DNA of 64,000 bases, taken from positions 4,280 to 68,279 of the forward strand of contig CAYQYZ010000003.1 of NCBI GenBank assembly GCA_964422025.1, read 5' to 3'. The notes under the pieces were generated by a model. That model saw nothing but the letters and a program-made list of their open reading frames with translations, was not told where the DNA came from and made no database searches. This stretch comes from an uncultured Gammaproteobacteria bacterium. Its GTDB lineage: Bacteria; Patescibacteriota; Microgenomatia; UBA1406; HO2-37-13b. Within the stretch, counting starts at the first letter, position 1; every line of letters begins with the position of its first letter. The position numbers and the translations under genes were made by a program. Below, piece by piece: positions 45,156 to 53,740 of the stretch.

Positions 45156-45941
45156 ATGGACGATATTGCACAAGTAAAAAGTCACGTTGCTAAACAACGA
45201 TTAATGTTGTGGCTTTTGGTTGGTTTTATTTCTTTCTTCGTTATTTTACTCACCATTTCTACCAGGTCATTGCAAGAACAGGCAGTGAATTTAAATTCTA
45301 ATGCAGCTGAGGTTAAAAGCAAACCAGTAGCAAATACTCAGAATACTCCTGATAGTTTTGATGCGGCAAGCAACTGTATCGCTGCTATAACGGACCTTAC
45401 GTTTAAACAAGCAATTGGTGGTGAATCATGCTATTCTCGAGCAAGTTTCACGTGTATGGGTGGTGCTAATCATGGAAAAAAAATGGCACAAGATGCCCCG
45501 GCTCAAAGTGGCGGATGCTTATCACGTGACAAATGGGCTGAACTTGCAAATAACAGTTGTGGATGTGGAGGTGAATCGGGAAGTTGTACGTATAAAAAAA
45601 TCGACTATCGATCTTACGGTGCGGTTCGTGAAAGTATTTCATGCAATCGAGCAAGTACAAGTTCGTGTAATTATGAAGCTGTTATTACGTGTGCTGATAA
45701 TAAGGAGTATAAAGCATTCAGACCAACATGTATGGGGTCAAAAGTTAATAAAGATAAGAGTCCTGATACCTGGGATTTTTATGCAAATATGATTTGCTGC
45801 TACAATGTTGGAAAACCTGCCTGTAGAGAATTTGCATTAAGCGATTACGGTGTTTGTAGTGCCTATTGTTCTGCTCGTAATACGAAATGTGTCCCCGGAG
45901 GCGATGTCGGATTGCACTGCGCTAATCAAGTGTGTCCTTAA
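45156..45941 (+). CDS. Cys-rich membrane-anchored/secreted hypothetical protein
   Basis: N-terminal TM helix followed by a mature region with numerous Cys residues. No family recognised. Confidence 0.5.
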   Translation: MDDIAQVKSHVAKQRLMLWLLVGFISFFVILLTISTRSLQEQAVNLNSNAAEVKSKPVANTQNTPDSFDAASNCIAAITDLTFKQAIGGESCYSRASFTCMGGANHGKKMAQDAPAQSGGCLSRDKWAELANNSCGCGGESGSCTYKKIDYRSYGAVRESISCNRASTSSCNYEAVITCADNKEYKAFRPTCMGSKVNKDKSPDTWDFYANMICCYNVGKPACREFALSDYGVCSAYCSARNTKCVPGGDVGLHCANQVCP

Positions 45942-46558
45942 TGAAGTTTGCATTCATTCCACAATCCCTGTTTATTTTCTTGCGCAGTTTTTTGAGCCAG
46001 TGACAATGTATCCTTGAATTTAATATCCGGAGGATATGTGCTTGCAAATGCATAGCCGGATTCTACGAGGCGCTGATTGATGAAAGTATTATCGAGGTAA
46101 ACATATCGTAACAACCGGCCGAATCGATCAGTTTCTGAAATATCTTTTTCCATGCGAATTTTTTTGTTCAAAATTAAATCGCTTAGTTGTTGAGCTGCTT
46201 GTATGCCAAAACATTCCGGGTCACGGGCATTTGCTTTGTTAAGTTCGGGGGTATCGATACCAATTAACCGAACTTTTTGTTTTGTTTCGATTTGGAAAGT
46301 ATCGCCATCGATAATGCGGGTGACGAGAGTAATCTCGTTTGTCGGGAGAGGTAGTAGGGGAGTGAGTATTGGATTTGATGTCGGACTTATGTTTGGAGTT
46401 GTCCCCTGAACTTTAGAGTCTGGTACTGAGTCTGCACGAGTCGAGACCGTTTGCGATAGGTGTGTTTTTTCGTATTGGTACGAATACTGAACTCCAAGGA
46501 CAAGGAGTATAAAAACGGTAATAACAAGTGTAGAACTAAATTTCTGTTTAAACGACAT
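45938..46558 (-). CDS. thermonuclease (SNase-like) family secreted nuclease
   Basis: Contains IIDGDTFQI, VRLIGIDTPE, RLLRYVYLD and NQRLVESGYA. Confidence 0.75.
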   Translation of the reverse strand: MSFKQKFSSTLVITVFILLVLGVQYSYQYEKTHLSQTVSTRADSVPDSKVQGTTPNISPTSNPILTPLLPLPTNEITLVTRIIDGDTFQIETKQKVRLIGIDTPELNKANARDPECFGIQAAQQLSDLILNKKIRMEKDISETDRFGRLLRYVYLDNTFINQRLVESGYAFASTYPPDIKFKDTLSLAQKTAQENKQGLWNECKLH

Positions 46559-46560
46559 GA

Positions 46561-47403
46561 TCAGGCAATAGTATACACCTGGTTTTTGTGAGTTATCATA
46601 CCTTCTTTCTCGAGCGAGGAAAGGATTTCAATGATCTCCAGCTCTTCTCGATCAATTAATGACAGTAACTCCACTTTTGAGAGCGATTTTCTTTCAAGAA
46701 GTAACTTAATAATCTCCCCGCGAACTTGTCTTTTCGATCCCTCAAACTTACTCTGCTTGGAGTATGAACTGCTTTTTCGTGAAGGATTTTTAAAATTCTT
46801 TTTTAAATAGACTCCATAATCCATAAGCGCATAGTACCAATTTCGAGGATCTAAATTTTCATCTCCCGAGGTAGTTGAGAGCAGTGCTTTCTTAATTATT
46901 AGGAGAATGTCTTTATCATTTACAGATTCTTTACTAGTAAAAAAATGATGAATAAAAACTGTTCGAATATTTGTTTCAATAAAAACAACCGGTTTGTTAA
47001 ACGCGAATGCTGCTATTGCGCACGCGGTGTTGTATCCAATTCCAGGAAGTTTTTGTAATTGCTCAATGTCATCTGGAACTACTCCATGATAATCAGTAGT
47101 AATTTGTTGGGCGGTTTTTTTCAGAAAGATTCCTCTGCGATTGTAACCCAACCCTTGCCACACTCTTAAAACACTCTCATTAGATGCATCTGCAAGAGAC
47201 TGTACTGTCGGAAAAAGTTTGATAAATTCTTCATATTTTTCAATCACTCGATGAGCTTGCGTTTGTTGCAGCATTATTTCTGAAACTAGAATAAAGTACG
47301 GATTATCAATATCTCTCCAGGGGAAATGGCGTTTATGAAAATGGTAAAAGTCGTACACGGCTTTCTTGAAGATTAAGAGAGGTTTTTCAGAAGCTAATTT
47401 CAC
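46561..47403 (-). CDS. HhH-GPD base-excision glycosylase, MutY-like, without Fe-S cluster cysteines
   Basis: Contains VSEIMLQQTQ, LGYNRRG and LPGIGYNTACAIAAFAF. The C-terminal region has no Cys ligands but has FEGSKRQVRG and a winged-helix-like tail. Confidence 0.65.
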   Translation of the reverse strand: MKLASEKPLLIFKKAVYDFYHFHKRHFPWRDIDNPYFILVSEIMLQQTQAHRVIEKYEEFIKLFPTVQSLADASNESVLRVWQGLGYNRRGIFLKKTAQQITTDYHGVVPDDIEQLQKLPGIGYNTACAIAAFAFNKPVVFIETNIRTVFIHHFFTSKESVNDKDILLIIKKALLSTTSGDENLDPRNWYYALMDYGVYLKKNFKNPSRKSSSYSKQSKFEGSKRQVRGEIIKLLLERKSLSKVELLSLIDREELEIIEILSSLEKEGMITHKNQVYTIA

Positions 47404-47933
47404 GGTTTCTTATATACTAAAACTGACTTGATTTCTGAATTTGGTAAAAATATCGCATTCCCCTTTACATCTTTTAATTCTGTAGTTCGAAGATTGATTT
47501 TTCGAACTTCCCCTTTTGTGTCATTAATTTTTACATCATCGCCAATATTGTATTGATTTTCTACAATTATAAAAAATCCAGAAATTAAATCACGAACTAT
47601 CGTTTGAGCTCCAAACGAAATTGCTAGTCCAATAATTCCAGCACCGGTAATAATTGGCGTAACGTCAAGTCCGATTTTTCGCATGGAAATTAACAGAGCC
47701 ATACTTAAAACGACAAACATAATCGTATTATTTATTAAACTCTCCATAGTATTGATTCGAGATACATATGAGGTTAAACGTGATCTGTTTTTCAGCCCGC
47801 CAAAGAATAATCCAACCGCTCGCTGAAGGAGTAAGATTATGGATAGGCTTGCAATAAAAATGATCGTTATTTGAATGGCTTTTTCGATTGCGGCAGGAGA
47901 CAGTTTAAGAACAATTCTATTGTAGTAATCCAT
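47400..47933 (-). CDS. small mechanosensitive ion channel (MscS family)
   Basis: Contains GAGIIGLAISFGAQTIVRDLISGFFIIVENQYNIGD. Confidence 0.75.
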   Translation of the reverse strand: MDYYNRIVLKLSPAAIEKAIQITIIFIASLSIILLLQRAVGLFFGGLKNRSRLTSYVSRINTMESLINNTIMFVVLSMALLISMRKIGLDVTPIITGAGIIGLAISFGAQTIVRDLISGFFIIVENQYNIGDDVKINDTKGEVRKINLRTTELKDVKGNAIFLPNSEIKSVLVYKKP

Positions 47934-47936
47934 GTA

Positions 47937-48500
47937 TTATGCGACCCGTTCAACATACTCTCCGGTTTCGGGGTTTACTACGATTGTATCACCTTTTTTT
48001 ATGAAAAGGGGAACTTTCACGGTAATGCCCGTTTCGAGAGTAACGTCTTTTTTTGCGTTGGTTGCCGTGTCGCCTTTTACAGCATCATCAGCCTGTGTTA
48101 CAACAAGTCGAACGCTTTGCGGAGGTCGAACACTAAATGGTTCATCGTTATACATAAGAATGTAAATTAGGTCACCTTCTTTCAAGAAATCAGCAATGTT
48201 ATCAGTCTTTTTGCTTTCAACCTCAAGTTGCTCATACGTTATTGGATTCATAAAATACAACTTTGTTGCATCCTTATATAAATACTGACCTTGCACTTGT
48301 TCAATATCGGGAATTTCGTATTCGAAATTTGACTTTGTGCCGTTTTCAATTGTTGTTCCTTTTAACACATTTCGGATCCGTGCAGATACGTTTGCAGAAC
48401 CGCGCCCTTGGTAATTAAATTCAGTTTTTTGAATTTGCCAAATTTCTCCGTTATGGAGAATGTAGTCGCCTTTTTTTAATGAACTTGCTTCTTTTTTCAT
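47937..48500 (-). CDS. efp: elongation factor P
   Basis: 187 aa with a KOW-like N-domain, KGDTATNAKKDVTLETG and VPLFIKKGD. Confidence 0.9.
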   Translation of the reverse strand: MKKEASSLKKGDYILHNGEIWQIQKTEFNYQGRGSANVSARIRNVLKGTTIENGTKSNFEYEIPDIEQVQGQYLYKDATKLYFMNPITYEQLEVESKKTDNIADFLKEGDLIYILMYNDEPFSVRPPQSVRLVVTQADDAVKGDTATNAKKDVTLETGITVKVPLFIKKGDTIVVNPETGEYVERVA

Positions 48501-48670
48501 AATATCTAATTGTTTAATTATAAACTCCGCTCGATATCCTGCTTCTCAACCAGGGTGAGACCGCCTCAATTATAGAACAATCAAGGTAGCACTCTCAACT
48601 GGTCTCGAATCAGATATCTCGCGCCGCTAAATTTGATGAACATTAGATATTATACTACAGAGGGGCTTTT

Positions 48671-49522
48671 TTACGCATCTAATTCTTCAATCAGCTCTTT
48701 CTGACGGGAAGTAAGTCGTTCAGGAATTTTGATTTTAAAGATAACATATTGATCTCCGTGTCGATTGGAATTTGGATACGCTAGTCCTTTTCCGGCAAGT
48801 CGCACAGCAGAATTTGGTTGCGTTGCTGGTCGTACTTTGAGTTTCACTCCTTTTTTATCAAGCGATGGAACCGTAACTTCTCCACCTAATATTGCAATTT
48901 TCAGAGAGAGGGGAAATTCCACATATACATCCTGACCTTCTCGTTTGAAATCACGACTTGGTCGTACTTGTACTGAAATATCAAAATCTGAGAAGCGAAT
49001 TCTAGAACCCGAATCAACGCCGGCGGGGATTTTTACTGTCTTGCGCTCGTTACTAATTTCAAATGTTTTAGTAACTCCGGCAACAGCTTCTTCGAACGTA
49101 ATATCTATTTGATACACCGGATGAGGCTGGCGTCGGCCTTGTTGGGAACCGAATCCAAAGAATTGTTCAAAAATATCGAATGGATCTGCTCCACCAACTC
49201 CTTCAAACGGGTTGCCGCCTGAAGTTGAATAAGTATACGTAAATGGTCCGCCTCCTTGTTGTCCGCCAAACGGGTTTCCGCCACTTGCCGAGTTGCCGCC
49301 GCGAGCATTAAAACCTTCATGCCCAACCTGGTCATACATTTGCTTTTTTTTGGAGTCTGAAAGTACTTCGTAGGCCTGATTTATTTCTTTGAATTTGTCT
49401 TCTGCCCCTGCATCTTTATTACGATCTGGGTGCCATTTAAGTGCGAGCTTTCGATACGCCGCTTTTATTTGCGCCGTAGTCGCACCTTTTGGGACACCCA
49501 GAGTTTCGTAATAACTTGCCAT
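48671..49522 (-). CDS. dnaJ: J-domain co-chaperone (DnaJ/CbpA type, no zinc-finger domain)
   Basis: Starts YYETLGV..., then [11 protein letters not shown], a Gly-rich linker and the C-terminal substrate-binding domains. No CxxCxGxG repeats. Confidence 0.85.
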   Translation of the reverse strand: MASYYETLGVPKGATTAQIKAAYRKLALKWHPDRNKDAGAEDKFKEINQAYEVLSDSKKKQMYDQVGHEGFNARGGNSASGGNPFGGQQGGGPFTYTYSTSGGNPFEGVGGADPFDIFEQFFGFGSQQGRRQPHPVYQIDITFEEAVAGVTKTFEISNERKTVKIPAGVDSGSRIRFSDFDISVQVRPSRDFKREGQDVYVEFPLSLKIAILGGEVTVPSLDKKGVKLKVRPATQPNSAVRLAGKGLAYPNSNRHGDQYVIFKIKIPERLTSRQKELIEELDA

Positions 49523-49527
49523 AAAAC

Positions 49528-51432
49528 TTAGTTGACGACTTCTCCTTCTTCAACATCTGCTTTTTTCTCGTCGCCGACGGTCTCCGCACTCTCGCTTGGA
49601 GCGCCATCTGCGGCAGCATCAGTCGGAGCACTCTCCGCGCTTTGCTTGCTCATATGTTCGCCAATTTTTTGTAACGATGTTGAAAGTTCACTCGATTTGG
49701 AATCAATTTCCTCTTTAGAGCCTGACTCGAGGATATCTTTAAGCGCTTTCATCTTCTCTTCGATTTCGGTTTTAAGTTCTGCTGGAACTTTGTCACCGGC
49801 ATCTTTAAGCGACTTTTCAGAAGTGAAAAGCAAATTGTCTGCCATATTTCGTGCAGTAATTTTTTCTACTTCTGCTTTATCTTCATCAGCGTGCTTTTCA
49901 GCCTCTTCTTTCATTTTCTCAATCTCATCTTTGGTAAGGCCTGTTGAACCGGTAATTTTAATACTTTGTTCTTTACTGGTTGCTTTATCCTTGGCCGTTA
50001 CCGTAAGAATTCCGTTAGCATCAAGGTCAAACGTTACCTCGACTTGAGGAATTCCCCGAGGTGCCGGTGGAATACCTTCCAAAACGAATCGGCCAAGCGA
50101 TTTATTATCGCGGGCCAGAGGGCGCTCACCTTGCAAAACATGAATTTCAACTTGCGTTTGATTGTCCGCAGCGGTTGAAAATACTTCCGACTTTGAAGTA
50201 GGCACCGATGTGTTTTTATTAATTAATGGCGTAGTTACTCCACCCAAGGTCTCAAGACCCAGGGTAAGTGGAGTTACGTCCAAAAGGACTACATCTTTAA
50301 CTTCTCCGCCAATAATTCCTGCCTGAATTGCTGCTCCAATAGCAACGGCTTCATCAGGATTTACTGATTTGTTGGGTTCTTTTTCAAAGAACGCTTTTAC
50401 TTTTTCTTGAATCAGGGGCATTCGAGTCATACCTCCGACCAGAATTACTTCCTGAATATCTTTTTTATCGATCTTTGAATCTTTCAAGGCCTCTTTTACT
50501 GGTGTAAATGATTTTTCAACCAGTGCGGCGACAACAGATTCAAATTTGGCTCGGGTAATTTTTGTAACAAAATGCAATGGCTGACCGTCTTTTACCGTTA
50601 CAAACGGCAAATTAATCTCACTTTCCATCGAACTTGATAGTTCAATTTTTGCTTTTTCAGCAGCATCGCGTAATCGTTGCAATGCCTGAACATCTTTGGA
50701 AAGATCAATGCCATGTTCATTTTTGAATTCGCCAACTAAATAGTCAACGAGTTCTTTATCAAAGTCATCTCCTCCTAAATGAGTATCACCGTTGGTTGAC
50801 TTGACTTCAAATACACCGTCACCAAGCTCTAGAATAGTGATATCAAATGTGCCTCCACCAAAGTCGTACACAGCAATATTATGTGCATCTTTTCGATCAA
50901 GTCCATATGCAAGTGCTGCTGCGGTAGGTTCATTTACAATACGAATGACCTCTAAACCCGCAACTTCTCCAGCTTGTTTGGTCGCTTGGCGCTGAGCGTC
51001 ATCGAAATACGCAGGGACCGTAATAACGGCTTTATCAACCGTTTCACCCAAATAATCTTCAGCATCTTTTTTGGCCTTTGCCAAAATCATGGAAGAAAGT
51101 TCTTGTGGGGTATACTCTTTTCCTTCAACCGATACGACGGCCATACCATCCCGTCCTTCTTTAACGGTGTAGGGAAGCCATTTCATGTCTTTTTGGACTG
51201 ATGCATCGCTGAATTTGCGACCAACTAACCGTTTAATCGAGAAAATAATTTCTTTTGGTTTCATTACCATTTGACGTTTTGCAACGTCACCAACTACGCG
51301 GCTTTTTGGATCCACGACGGATGGAATGGTATTTCGACCTTCTTTTGAATGAATAATTTTTGGTTTGCCGGCTTCCATAACGGCAACGACTGAATTTGTT
51401 GTTCCTAAATCAATACCTATTGTTTTTGCCAT
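49528..51432 (-). CDS. dnaK: molecular chaperone DnaK (Hsp70)
   Basis: Contains [17 protein letters not shown] and [11 protein letters not shown]. Confidence 0.97.
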   Translation of the reverse strand: MAKTIGIDLGTTNSVVAVMEAGKPKIIHSKEGRNTIPSVVDPKSRVVGDVAKRQMVMKPKEIIFSIKRLVGRKFSDASVQKDMKWLPYTVKEGRDGMAVVSVEGKEYTPQELSSMILAKAKKDAEDYLGETVDKAVITVPAYFDDAQRQATKQAGEVAGLEVIRIVNEPTAAALAYGLDRKDAHNIAVYDFGGGTFDITILELGDGVFEVKSTNGDTHLGGDDFDKELVDYLVGEFKNEHGIDLSKDVQALQRLRDAAEKAKIELSSSMESEINLPFVTVKDGQPLHFVTKITRAKFESVVAALVEKSFTPVKEALKDSKIDKKDIQEVILVGGMTRMPLIQEKVKAFFEKEPNKSVNPDEAVAIGAAIQAGIIGGEVKDVVLLDVTPLTLGLETLGGVTTPLINKNTSVPTSKSEVFSTAADNQTQVEIHVLQGERPLARDNKSLGRFVLEGIPPAPRGIPQVEVTFDLDANGILTVTAKDKATSKEQSIKITGSTGLTKDEIEKMKEEAEKHADEDKAEVEKITARNMADNLLFTSEKSLKDAGDKVPAELKTEIEEKMKALKDILESGSKEEIDSKSSELSTSLQKIGEHMSKQSAESAPTDAAADGAPSESAETVGDEKKADVEEGEVVN

Positions 51433-51463
51433 ATATTTTGATTGAAATTTATAATTAATTTAT

Positions 51464-51538
51464 GTCATTCTGAGCGTTAGCGAAGAATCTCGGTCTAGTT
51501 TTTAACACCTAGATCCTTCACCTTCAGTTCAGGATGAC
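51464..51538. repeat. second locus of the two hairpin-repeat families seen at 1847-1905
   Basis: GTCATTCTGAGCGTTAGCGAAGAATCTC lies at 51464-51491 on the plus strand. A degenerate GTCATCCTGAAC...GGATC lies on the minus strand at 51538-51512 and overlaps the grpE stop codon. Confidence 0.7.
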
Positions 51539-52017
51539 ACCCTAACTTGTGCATGACGCAGTACTTCGTCATGTAACGTATAACCATTTTTTACTACTTC
51601 AGAAACGGTGTTTGAATTGCCACCAGCTACCATCTCAATAACTTCTGCAACATACGGATCATATTCTTTACCTTCAAGTTCCATACGTTTTACTCCTTCG
51701 CCGGCCAAGAGCTTTTCAAATTCATCTTTTACTAATTTTAATCCTGCGTCTTTAACAAATACTTCTGCCTGGTTAATTACATCTAAAATGTCGATTAATT
51801 TAAGTAAAATCTTTTTGTTTGCTCTCTTATATATATCAGTTGTCTGATTTTCCGTCCTTTTTTCTAAATTTTCGTAATCTGCTAGTGCTCGTAAATATTT
51901 GTTTTTCCAGATCATCGATTCGTCCGTGTCATGCTCATCGACAGTATTGTCATGCTGAACTTGTTGCAGCATCTCATCCTCCTCGGGAGCGTCATTTGTT
52001 TGTTGTTGTTTTTTCAT
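51529..52017 (-). CDS. grpE: nucleotide exchange factor GrpE
   Basis: 162 aa with KYLRALADYENLEKR. Sits between hrcA and dnaK. Confidence 0.9.
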   Translation of the reverse strand: MKKQQQTNDAPEEDEMLQQVQHDNTVDEHDTDESMIWKNKYLRALADYENLEKRTENQTTDIYKRANKKILLKLIDILDVINQAEVFVKDAGLKLVKDEFEKLLAGEGVKRMELEGKEYDPYVAEVIEMVAGGNSNTVSEVVKNGYTLHDEVLRHAQVRVSS

Positions 52018-52742
52018 AATCCTTCTTGTTCTACTATTGTATTAATTAAATTGGTAAAGTAACGAACGCTGGGAACCACCACATCATATCTCATTCGTCG
52101 TGGACCCATAACCCCAATTGCTCCGCTTATGTTTTTTCCCTTAAATTCTCCGAATACTGAAGCGCTAATGCTTTTGGTATCTTGTTCTTCGAACATAAAT
52201 AACAATTCATTCTCAATTCGAGCTAATTCTTGTAAAACAGATGCACAAAATGCACTTTCATCGAATCTGCTAAATATTAAACGAGCTTCTGCAATATCTT
52301 GGAATTCTCGATTTGCAAGCAAATTATTAATTCCAAAATAGTAAATATCGCCTCGATCAGTGGTTGTTACGGCTAGTAAGCCGGTACGACGAGCTAAAAC
52401 TCGGGTTGCGGTTTGCAACAGTTCGCTCAAATCGTGCTTATGATCCCACACATCGTTTTTATACGACACTTCATCGGTCGTAGAAAGTTCCTTTTCCTGC
52501 ATTATATTGTTAATATAAAATCGGAAGGCTTTGGCTGTTGGAACTCGGCCCGATGAGAAGTGCTCCTTTTTGAGATACCCCTTTTTAGAGAGTTCCACCA
52601 TCTCGTTGCGAATAGTCGCCGGCGAGACGCCCAAATTGTATTTCTTATCCAGAATTTCCGAACCAACAGCCTCACCCTTATCGGTATACTGGGCAATGAT
52701 TGTCTTTAAAATCTCGGTCTGTCTAGGCGTTAGATCATCCAT
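52014..52742 (-). CDS. hrcA: heat-inducible transcription repressor HrcA (short form)
   Basis: MDDLTPRQTEILKTII...SPATIRNEMVELSKKGYL. The start is refined to ATG 52742, because the upstream extension of the track ORF begins in the -35 box. Confidence 0.85.
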   Translation of the reverse strand: MDDLTPRQTEILKTIIAQYTDKGEAVGSEILDKKYNLGVSPATIRNEMVELSKKGYLKKEHFSSGRVPTAKAFRFYINNIMQEKELSTTDEVSYKNDVWDHKHDLSELLQTATRVLARRTGLLAVTTTDRGDIYYFGINNLLANREFQDIAEARLIFSRFDESAFCASVLQELARIENELLFMFEEQDTKSISASVFGEFKGKNISGAIGVMGPRRMRYDVVVPSVRYFTNLINTIVEQEGL

Positions 52743-52744
52743 AA

Positions 52745-52771
52745 TTAGCACTAGTCTACACCCTCTGCTAA
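52745..52771 (-). promoter_or_regulatory. CIRCE-like operator (9-N9-9 geometry, degenerate inner stems)
   Basis: TTAGCACTA-GTCTACACC-CTCTGCTAA compared with the consensus TTAGCACTC-N9-GAGTGCTAA. The outer TTAGCA/TGCTAA halves are perfectly inverted. Confidence 0.6.
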
Positions 52772-52781
52772 TGTTTGTCAA
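52753..52781 (-). promoter_or_regulatory. sigma70-type promoter of the hrcA-grpE-dnaK-dnaJ operon
   Basis: On the minus strand, TTGACA (52781-52776), a 17-nt spacer, then TAGACT (52758-52753). It overlaps the CIRCE-like element. Confidence 0.55.
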
Positions 52782-52791
52782 GAGGAAATTA

Positions 52792-53643
52792 TTAGTTAAT
52801 TGAACGTTGTTCTTTTAAAGCCATTTGGCCATTTGTATCAGCGATATATTCTCGAGCAACAAAAAACTTGTCATCCAAAGGATACAATTTTTTATAGATT
52901 GCAAAATCTCTATCGAGTCTTTCCCTATTAGCAAGTAGCGCTTTGATTCCTTCCCAATGTACCGGTGGATAGAGAAGTAAAAGATTTTTACCTGCCATTT
53001 CCGGGCGTTCACTTAAATCTATAAGTCCACGAGCAATCACACATCGTCTAAAATGTGCCTCATTAGGAATAAATGGAATTGGCTTTGACATGGTGTCTTC
53101 AGTGGCATGAGAGAGCATATTTGTGGTTCCAAAAACTGCAACTCCTGCTGCCGCACTTCCTGTAAGACCCATAAATCGTCTTCGTGTTAAACTCACTGGT
53201 TCTGACTGTTTTTTTCCTAACGTAGCTCCTAAAACAGAGACAAGGGTACCTGTCAAACCAGAAGTCATTTGTGAAAAATTATTTGCTACAGCAAATGAAA
53301 TGTCATATGCTGGATCAAGCGCAAACGCTTCTTTTTTTTGATCCATGCAAGCTTGTTCAAAAGGACCAAAATAATTAAAATATTGTTCTGGTTTTGTTGG
53401 GCTCTTTTCTCTGATTTCGTGAGGAAGATATTCAAAGATTACTCCATCAGCTTCAGCTACAATTGATGAAACCTGGTCTTTTAAGGTTGATGTTTGACCG
53501 TCCACTTGGACTGTTTGGTCTATCCCGCTTTTGTGCTCAAGTGGCAATGCTTGAATGTTTATGCGACCTAATTGAACAGTTTCGACAATACTAGGAGTAT
53601 TATTTGAAACTTCATGAGGAGACCTATCTAGTAGTGTATCCAT
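52792..53643 (-). CDS. hypothetical membrane protein
   Basis: 283 aa with central hydrophobic segments, including TRRRFMGLTGSAAAGVAVFG. Confidence 0.5.
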   Translation of the reverse strand: MDTLLDRSPHEVSNNTPSIVETVQLGRINIQALPLEHKSGIDQTVQVDGQTSTLKDQVSSIVAEADGVIFEYLPHEIREKSPTKPEQYFNYFGPFEQACMDQKKEAFALDPAYDISFAVANNFSQMTSGLTGTLVSVLGATLGKKQSEPVSLTRRRFMGLTGSAAAGVAVFGTTNMLSHATEDTMSKPIPFIPNEAHFRRCVIARGLIDLSERPEMAGKNLLLLYPPVHWEGIKALLANRERLDRDFAIYKKLYPLDDKFFVAREYIADTNGQMALKEQRSIN

Positions 53644-53701
53644 GTTGAGATATCAGATTAGCACGTTCTAGAGGCGAATGCAACCTTCATGGTATTACCA
53701 T

Positions 53702-53730
53702 TTGCATAAATCGCCCCATTACAGTATAAT
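53702..53730 (+). promoter_or_regulatory. sigma70-type promoter of rpsO
   Basis: TTGCAT (53702-53707), a 17-nt spacer, then TATAAT (53725-53730). The ATG follows 10 nt later with no SD. Confidence 0.6.
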
Positions 53731-53740
53731 TTGAGCAATT

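Noticed and set aside
48501-48670. Possible structured RNA or ncRNA between dnaJ and efp
   Set aside because: Inverted repeats exist (GAGACC/GGTCTC, and GATATCTG/CAG-G-ATATC). The region also contains plausible efp promoter elements (TTGAGA-18-TATAAT on the minus strand). I could not separate promoter or leader structure from chance pairing without folding and covariation analysis.
53657-53680. Second CIRCE element (TTAGCAC half-site) upstream of the 283-aa hypothetical gene
   Set aside because: No matching inverted half (GTGCTAA) follows at the required 9-nt spacing. It is a single half-site and probably coincidental.
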